DNA of 25,071 bases from a bacterium (lineage in GTDB: Bacteria; Sysuimicrobiota; Sysuimicrobiia; Sysuimicrobiales; Kaftiobacteriaceae): NCBI GenBank assembly GCA_044868695.1, contig JBIOWP010000141.1, forward strand, positions 1 to 25,071, written 5' to 3'. The notes beneath the pieces were generated by a model. It was given only the letters and a program-made list of their open reading frames with translations. It had not been told where the DNA came from and searched no databases. Positions 9,286 to 19,825 of the stretch are shown here, in pieces; positions within the stretch are counted from its first letter, which is position 1; every line of letters starts with the position of its first letter. The translations under genes and the position numbers were made by a program.

Positions 9286-9809
9286 CGGCCGCGGCCGTGC
9301 GCCATCAGCAGAAGCGCGATGATGGACTTGGCATCCACGATCTCACCGTCGCTGACGAGTGACCTCGCCTGAGACAACGGCATGCGCACTACGGACAGAT
9401 CCTCTTCTTCGGCTTCCAGGCGGTGGGGCGTCAGGTCCCGGGCGGCGTATACGTGCACGGCCTCCGTGAGGAAGCCGGGCGATGGATAGAACGTGGCCAG
9501 GTGTTCCACGCGGCCGGCCCGCATCCCGACTTCCTCACCCAGCTCCCGCTGCAGGCAGGCCTCGACGGCTTCCCCAGGCTCCATGGTCCCGGCGGGAATC
9601 TCCAGCAGGACGCGGCCGACGGCCGCGCGATACTGCCGCACGAGCAGGACGTCGCCGTCGATGACCGGAAGCACCGCAACCGCGCCGCGGTGCTCGACGA
9701 TTTCGCGGACCGCACGCCGGCCGCTCGGCAGCACGACGTCGTCCACCCGCAGATTCACCACATGGCCTTCATAGACGCGGCGCGTTGCCAGTGGACGCTC
9801 GACTGTCAC
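9282..9809 (-). CDS. nudF: NUDIX hydrolase, ADP-ribose pyrophosphatase-like
   Basis: VRQYR, EIPAG...QRELGEEVG Nudix box, SPGF, DAKS. Confidence 0.85.
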   Translation of the reverse strand: MTVERPLATRRVYEGHVVNLRVDDVVLPSGRRAVREIVEHRGAVAVLPVIDGDVLLVRQYRAAVGRVLLEIPAGTMEPGEAVEACLQRELGEEVGMRAGRVEHLATFYPSPGFLTEAVHVYAARDLTPHRLEAEEEDLSVVRMPLSQARSLVSDGEIVDAKSIIALLLMAHGRGR

Positions 9810-9830
9810 GGCGCACAGGAGCCGAAGCGG

Positions 9831-10733
9831 CTAGGCCCGGCCTTCGGCGACGGCCTCGGGGTAGATCGGTGTCCCCTCACGTGTGACCAGATCGCGGAAT
9901 GCGGCCGCCAGGCGCCGGGCGACCGGCCCCGGCACGCCGGACGCGATCCGCCGGCCGTCCACGTCGACTACCGGTCCGACTTCGGCGCCGGTGCCGGTCA
10001 GGAAGCACTCGTCGGCCGTGTAGATGTCGTGGAGCGTGAAGACCCGCTCCAGCATCGGCAGCCCCTGGGCGCGCGCCAGTTCCATGACCGTGCCGCGCGT
10101 AATGCCCTTCAGGATCCCCAGATATGCCGGCGGAGTCCACACCTCGCCGGACCGGACGAGAAAGATGTTGTCTGCGCTGCACTCGCAGACGTACCCGTCC
10201 CCGGTGAGCATGATCGCCTCATCCACTCCCGCCCGGTTGGCCTCGATGCGCGCCATGATGTTGTTAAGGTAGTTCAGCGTCTTGGCCTGTGGGGACAGCG
10301 CATCCGGCCGGACCTTCCGGGTGCTGGCGGTGATGGCGCGCAACCCGCGCTCATACGCCTCCGCGGGATAGAGCTGGATGGTGTCCACGATGATCACCAC
10401 GGTAGGCACCTTGCACTTGCGCGGGTCCAGACCGAGGTCGCCGGCGCCGCGGGAAATTACCGGACGGATGTAGGCGTCCCGCAGCCCGGAGCGCCGTACC
10501 GTCTCGAGAATCGCCTCCCCCATCTGCGCCTTGCTCAGCGGGATCTCCAGCATCAGGTACTTCGCCGACTCGTAAAGGCGTTCCAGATGCGCGTCCAGAC
10601 GGAAGATCCGGCCGTTATAGGCGCGGATGCCCTCGAACACTCCGTCTCCGTAGAGGTAGCCGTGATCGTAGACGGAGATCCTGGCTTCCTCCTTGGGCAT
10701 GAACGCACCGTTGACGTACGTCACCAGTCCCAT
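9831..10733 (-). CDS. ilvE: Branched-chain amino acid aminotransferase (PLP class IV)
   Basis: YGDGVFEGIR, AKTLNY, ILKGITR, FLTGT. ATG at 10733 follows a GAGGAGG RBS. Confidence 0.92.
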   Translation of the reverse strand: MGLVTYVNGAFMPKEEARISVYDHGYLYGDGVFEGIRAYNGRIFRLDAHLERLYESAKYLMLEIPLSKAQMGEAILETVRRSGLRDAYIRPVISRGAGDLGLDPRKCKVPTVVIIVDTIQLYPAEAYERGLRAITASTRKVRPDALSPQAKTLNYLNNIMARIEANRAGVDEAIMLTGDGYVCECSADNIFLVRSGEVWTPPAYLGILKGITRGTVMELARAQGLPMLERVFTLHDIYTADECFLTGTGAEVGPVVDVDGRRIASGVPGPVARRLAAAFRDLVTREGTPIYPEAVAEGRA

Positions 10734-10746
10734 CGACACCCTCCTC

Positions 10747-13246
<2,500 letters not shown>

Positions 13247-13250
<4 letters not shown>

Positions 13251-14089
13251 GCCCCCGCATCCTGCGTCCGGCGGAGCACGGCGCCGTGCGCGTGGGCCAC
13301 CACCCCGTCCACATCAACGGCGGGACCGGGACTCCCCCCCGGCGCAGCCAGGTGCAGGAAGAACTCCAGGTTCCCCTGCGGGCCGGCGAGCGGGGAGTGC
13401 GTCAATGCGACCGGCGACAGCCCCGCCTGCCGGGCGGATCCGAGGACGCGTCCCAGCACATCGCGGTGAACCGCGGCATCACGAACCACACCGCGGGGCG
13501 CCAGCTTCGGTCCCACTTCAAACTGCGGCTTCACGAGCGCGACAATCGACCCGCCGGACTTGACCAGGCGGCCGATCGCCGGCAGGACTCCCGCCAGCGA
13601 GATGAACGCCACATCGACCGTGGCAACGTCGACGGTCCCGCCGATGTCTGCGGGCGCCACGGTGCGGATATCTCGTCGTTCCATCGACACCACGCGCGGA
13701 TCGCCGCGCAGGGTCCAGGCCAGCTGACCCGTCCCCACGTCGACGGCGATCACCCGGCGCGCGCCGTGCCGCAGCAGGCAGTCCGTAAATCCGCCGGTGG
13801 AGGCGCCGGCGTCGAGGGCCACCAGACCGGCCACGGACACGCCAAACTCCCGCAGCGCATGCTCCAGTTTCTCGCCGCCGCGGCTGACAAATCTCGACCG
13901 CCGCGGCCGGCGTTCCACAACCGCGTCGGACGTGACCTGCTGTCCCGGCTTGGAGGCCCGGCTGCCGTTGAGGAAGACTTCTCCGGCCAGGATCGCCGCC
14001 ACGGCCCGCGCGGGCGAGTCCGCCAGTCCCCGGGCCACCAGCAGAGTGTCCAGACGCTGCCGGGTGGGCTCCGCGGCCTTGGGTCTCAT
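13247..14089 (-). CDS. tlyA: TlyA-family rRNA 2'-O-methyltransferase
   Basis: RLDTLLV S4 domain, VSRGGEKL, GASTGGFTDCLL, VKPQFE, GNLEF. Confidence 0.95.
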
Positions 14090-14093
14090 GCCT

Positions 14094-15029
14094 CTAATGC
14101 TCCCGGACCAGAAGGGTGCGGCTCAATTCCCGCAGGATGGTCCCACGCGTGCCCAACGGCTCCAGCGCCGCGCCCGCCTCGTCTGTCAGCCGGGCCGCGA
14201 TCTCACGGGACCGCGCGACGCCGTACGCCGCGGGATATGTGACTTTGGCCGCGTCGCGGCCGGCTCGCTTCCCCAGCGCGTGCTCGTCTCCAACGACATC
14301 CAGCACGTCATCGATAATCTGAAACGCCAGCCCCACCCGGTCCCCATAGACCGACAGGGCGTCCAGGGCCGCCCCGTCCCCGGCCGCGAGGATGGCGCCC
14401 GCCCGGACGCAGGCGCGGATCAGCGCCGCCGTCTTGCGCACATGGATGTCGCGCACCACCTCGGTCAGCGGGCCTGGGGTCGGTCCCGCCGCGCGCGGAA
14501 ATGTCCGCCCCTCGCCCAGGAGGTCGAGCACCTGTCCGCCGACCATTCCAGCGGTGCCGATGGCGTGCGCGATCTCCTGGGACACCAGCAGCGTCCGCGG
14601 GACCCCGCAGGTCCGCGACGCCTCCGCGATCAGCGAGAACGCAAGCGCGTGCAGCGCGTCGCCGGCCAGCACTGCGATCGCGTCACCATATGCGATGTGG
14701 CAGGTCGGCCGGCCCCGGCGAGTATCGGAATCGTCCATCGCCGGGAGATCGTCGTGAATGAGGGAGTACGTGTGGATGCATTCCACCGCGCAGGCCACCG
14801 GCAGCACAGCGCGCGGATCACCGCCGCACGCTTCGGCACCGGCCACCACCAGGAGCGGGCGCAGCCGCTTGCCCCCGCCCAGCACGCTGTACCGTATCGC
14901 CTCGTGGAGGATCCGCGGCGGCTGGTCGGCCGGTGGCAGCGCCGCCTCGAGGGCGTCGTCGATGAGCTGCCCCCGCGTGGCGAGGTAGGTCGCCAGATTG
15001 ACGTCCATGACTGAACTCACGCGCCCCAT
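14094..15029 (-). CDS. ispA: Short-chain polyprenyl (farnesyl) diphosphate synthase
   Basis: GGKRLRP, YSLIHDDLPAMD...RRG, GQVLD, KT, FQIIDDVLD. Start may be the ATG at 15008. Confidence 0.92.
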   Translation of the reverse strand: MGRVSSVMDVNLATYLATRGQLIDDALEAALPPADQPPRILHEAIRYSVLGGGKRLRPLLVVAGAEACGGDPRAVLPVACAVECIHTYSLIHDDLPAMDDSDTRRGRPTCHIAYGDAIAVLAGDALHALAFSLIAEASRTCGVPRTLLVSQEIAHAIGTAGMVGGQVLDLLGEGRTFPRAAGPTPGPLTEVVRDIHVRKTAALIRACVRAGAILAAGDGAALDALSVYGDRVGLAFQIIDDVLDVVGDEHALGKRAGRDAAKVTYPAAYGVARSREIAARLTDEAGAALEPLGTRGTILRELSRTLLVREH

Positions 15030-15036
15030 CCCTCCG

Positions 15037-15339
15037 CTACAACATCAAAAACCCGCGCATCCCCTCTGGCGTTTCCCACTCTACTCGGACCTCTCGCACC
15101 ACGGCCCCGGCAGGTCCACGCCGCACGTCGGCCACGAAGCGTTCCACCGCCGCGGCAGGCCCTTCCGCGATGATCTCCACACGGCCGTCGGGGAGGTTTC
15201 GGGCCAACCCCGTCACGTCGGAGCGCCGCGCGACCCGCTCAGCAAACAGGCGGAACCCGACCCCCTGCACGACACCGCCCACCCAGATGTGGCCGCGGAC
15301 CGTGGCGGAACCGGTCGGTGCCGGCCTGGTCTCAGCCAT
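15037..15339 (-). CDS. acyP: Acylphosphatase
   Basis: GVVQGVGFR and ARNLPDGRVEI signatures; ATG overlaps the nusB 3' end. Confidence 0.92.
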   Translation of the reverse strand: MAETRPAPTGSATVRGHIWVGGVVQGVGFRLFAERVARRSDVTGLARNLPDGRVEIIAEGPAAAVERFVADVRRGPAGAVVREVRVEWETPEGMRGFLML

Positions 15340-15760
15340 CGGAGACTCCCGATCGCTCCCGGGACATGCGCACCACGGCGCCCAGGACTCCGTTGACGAA
15401 CTTCCCCGACGCATCGGTCCCATACGTCTTCGCGAGCTCCACGGCCTCGTTGATCACGACGCGGGCCGGCGTCTCCAGGTGCTGCAGTTCGTAGACCGCC
15501 ATGCGCAGGATGGCGCGGTCGGTGCTGGCCAGGCGGTCCACCGGCCAGGCAGGTGCGAGGTCGGCCAGCAGGGTATCAATCTGCGCGCGCGCCTGCCACG
15601 TCCCCTCGCACAGCGCGCGGAAGAACGCCCGCTCGCGCTCAGGCACCGCGGGCTCCTCCCGGGCCACGACGCGCGCCAGCGTGTGCCGCCCGATGTCGGC
15701 CTCGTAGAGCACGCGCATGGCACGCTCGCGGACGCGGCGCCGGGACCCCACGCGCTTCAC
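15332..15760 (-). CDS. nusB: Transcription antitermination factor NusB
   Basis: RRRVRERAMRVLYE, DRAILRMAVYEL, INEAVELAKTYG, FVNGVLG. GTG start at 15760 (15763 or 15751 also possible). Confidence 0.93.
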   Translation of the reverse strand: MKRVGSRRRVRERAMRVLYEADIGRHTLARVVAREEPAVPERERAFFRALCEGTWQARAQIDTLLADLAPAWPVDRLASTDRAILRMAVYELQHLETPARVVINEAVELAKTYGTDASGKFVNGVLGAVVRMSRERSGVSDG

Positions 15761-15771
15761 CACACCCGCCC

Positions 15772-15800
15772 AAAAAAGAAACGACCACCCTGCGGTGGTC
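15772..15800 (-). terminator. Intrinsic terminator immediately upstream of nusB
   Basis: Minus strand GACCACC-GCAG-GGTGGTC followed by GTTTCTTTTTT. Confidence 0.75.
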
Positions 15801-15879
15801 TGGTGGCACGCGGTCCTGGCTGCACAGCAGCCGCCAGGCACGCGGTGCTCACACGCGGTGGGTGGTCACGCACGCAACG

Positions 15880-15908
15880 AGTATAACAGAGCGGGTGTAC
15901 GGTCGCAA
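15880..15908 (-). promoter_or_regulatory. Sigma70-type promoter with extended -10
   Basis: Minus strand TTGCGA (15908-15903), 17-nt spacer ending TGT, TATACT (15885-15880). Confidence 0.7.
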
Positions 15909-15925
15909 GGCAAGCTCGATGGCAG

Positions 15926-16486
15926 CTACTTCGCCCGTTCGAGATACTGTCCGGTGCGCGTGTCGATACGGATCCGGTCGCCCACGGAGACAAAGAACGG
16001 CACCTGGACGGTCAGTCCGGTCTCGAGCTTCGCGGGTTTCGTCCCGCCGGAGACGGTGTCCCCGCGTACCCCGGGTGCGGTCTGCACGACCGCCAGCTCG
16101 ACGGTGTTGGGGAGCTCGACGGCGATCGGGCGGCCTTCGTAGAACACCACCGTCACGTCCGTATTGTCTTTCAAATATCCGGCCGCCTCTCCAAGCAGCT
16201 CAGATGGCACCGACAGCTGTTCATACGTCTCCTGATCCATCATCACGTACTCGCCGCCGTGGTGATACAGGTACTGCATCGGCTTCCGGTCGAGGACGAC
16301 CTGCACCACGCGGTCGTCGGAGGCGAAGTTGCGCTCCAGGACCGCCCCGGTCTTCAGGTTGCGCAGCTTCGCGCGCACGAACGCCTGCCGCTGCGCGCGT
16401 TTGTGATGATGGGTGTCCACGACCGCGTAGAGGTCGCCGTCCAGCTGGATCACTACACCGGGGCGGAAGTCGCCGCTGGTAATCAT
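15926..16486 (-). CDS. efp: Elongation factor P with atypical loop
   Basis: AFVRAKLRNLKTG, MQYLY, TYEQ, PGVRGDT, KPAKLETG, VPFFV, DTRTGQYLER. Confidence 0.96.
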   Translation of the reverse strand: MITSGDFRPGVVIQLDGDLYAVVDTHHHKRAQRQAFVRAKLRNLKTGAVLERNFASDDRVVQVVLDRKPMQYLYHHGGEYVMMDQETYEQLSVPSELLGEAAGYLKDNTDVTVVFYEGRPIAVELPNTVELAVVQTAPGVRGDTVSGGTKPAKLETGLTVQVPFFVSVGDRIRIDTRTGQYLERAK

Positions 16487-17544
16487 GCCTGCCCCAGCCC
16501 TTTGGGCGCCGCCGTGAGGATCTCACACCCACCGGGAGTGAGGACGACCAGATCCTCGATCCGCACGCCGCCCCACCCGGGAAGATAGACGCCCGGCTCG
16601 ACGGTCACCACCATACCTGCCTCAAGGGTCGCGTCCTCGCGCGGGGACAGCGTCGGGCCTTCGTGGATCGCCAGACCGACGCCGTGCCCCAACCCATGGC
16701 CGAAGTGGTCCCCGTGACCGGCCTCCGCAATGACCTTGCGGGCCAGCGCGTCGGCGTCCTTCCCGCTCAGCCCCGGCCGGATCCCGTGGAGCGCCGCCTC
16801 CTGGGCCGTGCGCACCAGGTTGTAGATCTCGCGCTGGCGGTCCGACGGATCACCGAGCACCACCGTACGCGTGCAGTCGGAGTGGTAGCCTCCTGCGACC
16901 GCGCCGAAATCCACCGTCACGAAGTCGCCGGCCTGAAGCCCCTTGGACGACGCCCGCCCGTGGGGCAGCGAGGACCGGACACCGCTCGCCACAATCGTCT
17001 CAAACGCTTCTTTGTCGGCACCGTCGCGGCGCATGAAGAACTCCAGCTCGATGGCGACATCCCGCTCGCGGACCCCGGGGCGCAGAAAGCCCTGGATGTG
17101 CGCATAACCCGCGTCGGCGATCGCGACCGCACGCCGGATGCGCGCCAACTCGTCGGGCTCCTTGACCCAGCGCAGCCGGTCGACGCCGTCCACGGCGACC
17201 AGGTCGGCCGGCTGCAGGCCTTTTGCCGTCTCCTCGTACTGCTTGTAGGTCAGCCCGTCGTTCTCAAACCCGATCCGGCGCAGCTCCCGGGCGCGGATGA
17301 GGTCTACCAGCGCCTCGACCATCTGGCGGGGGACCTGCACGACCTCCCACCCCGGCGCCTCCGCGGAGGCCTGCTCGACGTAGCGGAAGTCAACCAGCAG
17401 CAGCGCCTCTCGTTCGGTCACCACTGCCACGCCGGCTGACCCGGTGAACCCGGTCAGATACGTGCGGTTTTCAGTTTTCTGGATCAGCAGCGCGTCCAGA
17501 TGATGCTGGGTCAGCAGCGCCCGCAGGCGGGCGATCCGGGACAT
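16483..17544 (-). CDS. Xaa-Pro aminopeptidase, M24 family (YqhT/PepQ-like)
   Basis: YLTGFTGS, DFRY, PHG, DFGA...SDCTRT, HGLGHGVGL, EPGVY, GVRIED; typical efp neighbour. Confidence 0.93.
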   Translation of the reverse strand: MSRIARLRALLTQHHLDALLIQKTENRTYLTGFTGSAGVAVVTEREALLLVDFRYVEQASAEAPGWEVVQVPRQMVEALVDLIRARELRRIGFENDGLTYKQYEETAKGLQPADLVAVDGVDRLRWVKEPDELARIRRAVAIADAGYAHIQGFLRPGVRERDVAIELEFFMRRDGADKEAFETIVASGVRSSLPHGRASSKGLQAGDFVTVDFGAVAGGYHSDCTRTVVLGDPSDRQREIYNLVRTAQEAALHGIRPGLSGKDADALARKVIAEAGHGDHFGHGLGHGVGLAIHEGPTLSPREDATLEAGMVVTVEPGVYLPGWGGVRIEDLVVLTPGGCEILTAAPKGLGQA

Positions 17545-17641
17545 CAGGCACGTCCTCTCTTCGGATGGGAGTGCGCCCTTCTCTGATTTGCCTGCTCCCC
17601 GCGCATCTCCTTTGACGGGTCGAAGGCGTCTGCGGCTCGAC

Positions 17642-17677
17642 AATGAAGAAGGCCCCATCGACGGGGCCTTCCTCATT
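17642..17677 (-). terminator. Terminator-like hairpin after the beta-propeller gene
   Basis: GAAGGCCCC (17648-17656) / GGGGCCTTC (17663-17671) stem, extended by AATGA/TCATT; weak U-tract. Confidence 0.6.
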
Positions 17678-17697
17678 TCTGCTCAGTGTGGAGGCGG

Positions 17698-19032
17698 CTA
17701 CCGAGTGATCTTCACGGTGTCGGAGCCTTCAAGGGATGTCACGACGTTGTTCTGATCTGGGTAGGTCTGACCCTGCAGTACGGCTTGCGTATCCGAGGCC
17801 GTAAGCTGCAGCTTCTCCCTTTCAATATGAACAACGAGATCGAGCCGCCCATCGCCATCGACATCCTCTAGGGCCGCCATTGGCGTCCCATTCGGCTTCA
17901 TCTTCACCGGGGCGCCAGCCAAGGTAACTGTTTCAGGGTTCACTCGGGCCGCATCAAAGCCGTCGGTCGTGAGGATCGCCACAGGCAGAGTCCCCTTCGA
18001 TCGCAGATTGACCGTGTTGGGGTTACCGCCCGGCATGATGTCGATGCTCACAGAAATGCTGCTCGAACCCGGCACGATGGCGATCGCCAGAGGGAACGTT
18101 CCGGTCAAGGGAATTCCAGTCGTAAGTGTATTGGTCGCGGCTATCAGCACGGACAGGCTGGCCGAAACCGAGTTGGCTACATACACCCGGCTTCCGTCCG
18201 CAGAGACCGCAACGCCGGCCGGGGCGAGGCCTACATCTACACTTGTCACGTTTCGGGTCGCGACGTCAACCACGGAGAGAGTGTTGCTGCCCTTGTTGGT
18301 CACGTACACGTGACGGCCGTCAGGGGCCACCGCCACGCCTGTCGGCGCCAACTCAAGCGCCATAGGATCGCCCATCAGGGCCGCGGATTCAGGATTCAGG
18401 ATTGCTAGCTTGCCGTCGCCTTCGAGGGCCACGTACACGGCGGAGCCGTCCGGCGCAACGGCCACTCCAAAGGGATTGGGGCCTACAGGCGCGTTGAGCA
18501 CGGGTGTGGACAGGTCCGTCGTACGCACGATGGTGACGCCGTCGCTCCCCATGTTGGTGACGTACAGATAGGGCAATGTGGGGTGAACCGCCACGCCGCG
18601 TGCGAACATGCCCACGCTCACGGATGGGGTCATGATAAGGGAGTTGGTGGCCGTGTCAATCACCGAGAGGGTAGAACTCAGGAAGTTGGTGACGAACACC
18701 CGGTGCCCATCGGGCGACACCGCTACACCCATTGGAAACTTGCCGACCGTGATGGTCCCCAGGAGACTGTTGTCTGCCGTATTAATTACAGAAACCGAAC
18801 CGCTCCCGCTGTTGGCCACGTATACCCGCGAACCATCGGGCAAAATGGCCAAGCCGGACGGAGACGATCCAACACCAACGTGTATGGGGGCATCGGTTGT
18901 CTGCACATTGACGTGCAGGACGCTGCTGTTGCCGAAGTCAGCCACGTATGCGGACCCAGGGGTCCCCCCTGCTCCCGCGGTCGAGCTGGCAAGCAAAAGC
19001 GCCATACCCAGCCCGAAGACTAGATGGCGCAT
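17698..19032 (-). CDS. Secreted YVTN/YncE-type 7-bladed beta-propeller with a C-terminal DxDxDG-containing domain
   Basis: Signal peptide MRHLVFGLGMALLLASSTAGA. Seven repeats (YVAD, YVAN, FVTN, YVTN, YVAL, YVTN, YVAN). AGGAG lies 8 nt before the ATG at 19032. Confidence 0.88.
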   Translation of the reverse strand: MRHLVFGLGMALLLASSTAGAGGTPGSAYVADFGNSSVLHVNVQTTDAPIHVGVGSSPSGLAILPDGSRVYVANSGSGSVSVINTADNSLLGTITVGKFPMGVAVSPDGHRVFVTNFLSSTLSVIDTATNSLIMTPSVSVGMFARGVAVHPTLPYLYVTNMGSDGVTIVRTTDLSTPVLNAPVGPNPFGVAVAPDGSAVYVALEGDGKLAILNPESAALMGDPMALELAPTGVAVAPDGRHVYVTNKGSNTLSVVDVATRNVTSVDVGLAPAGVAVSADGSRVYVANSVSASLSVLIAATNTLTTGIPLTGTFPLAIAIVPGSSSISVSIDIMPGGNPNTVNLRSKGTLPVAILTTDGFDAARVNPETVTLAGAPVKMKPNGTPMAALEDVDGDGRLDLVVHIEREKLQLTASDTQAVLQGQTYPDQNNVVTSLEGSDTVKITR

Positions 19033-19208
19033 CGTGTTCACTCCTGACAGTTGTCCACAGATGGGCTGGCACGGGTATATGTCCGTACTGCCCTCATCCT
19101 CCCCCTACCCCCAAATCCCGCCGCCTAGTCCTGCTACGGCCCCTAAGAGGGCCGCTGGCTTTGACGTACGGCTCCAGCGGGGGCCGATTCGTGTCACCTC
19201 CGCGGGGT

Positions 19209-19697
19209 CTAGGGGCAGCCGGCGCCGGCTACGCGGATGCGGCCGGTCGCAGGGAGCAAACGCACACAGACACGGACGGCGCCGCTGGCGAGGGTCACTG
19301 TGCCCCCTCCGGAGGGAGCGCCGAACAGGCTGACGCCGTGGAACTGAGCGGCGGTGGGCACGCTGCCGCCGAAGCGGGCGTAGGTGACCCGGACCCCGCC
19401 CGGCAGGCGCCGCTCCTGGCGCAGGGACATCGCGGGCCCGTCACGGACCACGACCAGGTACCGGTCGCTACCGACCTGGAACTCGAGGCCGTGCACCCGA
19501 GCCGGCCGGCGCTCCGCCATAGCACGGGCCTGGGCGGCGCGCAGGTCGGAGACCAGGGTGACCGCCGCAGACTGGAGGCGCAGCCTCGCGGCCAGGGAGC
19601 CGGCCTGCCAGATGATCGAGGCCACCAGCGTCCCGAGGCCGAGGACGACAAGAATTTCAACGAGGGTGGCTCCGCGAATCCGGCTGTTGCGAACCAG
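19209..19697 (-). CDS. FimT/GspH-like minor pilin or pseudopilin; probable CTG start
   Basis: Class III signal RIRG|ATLVEILVVLGLG lies in frame upstream of the ORF-track start. Also LVSDLRAAQARA, F...G.P..GGTVTL and a TGRIRV end. Confidence 0.8.
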   Translation of the reverse strand: MVRNSRIRGATLVEILVVLGLGTLVASIIWQAGSLAARLRLQSAAVTLVSDLRAAQARAMAERRPARVHGLEFQVGSDRYLVVVRDGPAMSLRQERRLPGGVRVTYARFGGSVPTAAQFHGVSLFGAPSGGGTVTLASGAVRVCVRLLPATGRIRVAGAGCP

Positions 19698-19766
19698 CGC
19701 CGTCCTCCGCCGCTCCGGACCCTATCGGACCACAGGACGCGGGAACGCGCAATGACTCACGTGAGC

Positions 19767-19800
19767 TAAAACGCTGCGGCCGGGCGAACGGCCCGGCCGC
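19767..19800 (-). terminator. Probable intrinsic terminator after the pilM-Q-TPR operon
   Basis: Perfect 10-bp stem GCGGCCGGGC (19776-19785) / GCCCGGCCGC (19791-19800), then AGCGTTTT on the minus strand. Confidence 0.65.
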
Positions 19801-19825
19801 GGTCTTCTGGAACGTGAAAGGCGGG

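Noticed and set aside
18060..18950. Periodic sequence in the propeller gene as a CRISPR or DNA repeat array
   Set aside because: The periodicity is at protein level (YVTN blades) with divergent nucleotides; no identical repeats with spacers.
19051..19059. DnaA-box-like TTGTCCACA
   Set aside because: Single copy beside an RBS, with no box cluster or AT-rich unwinding region.
19756..19765. Perfect palindrome CTCACGTGAG upstream of the pilin gene
   Set aside because: A 10-bp palindrome is expected by chance many times in 25 kb, and no convincing promoter lies next to it.
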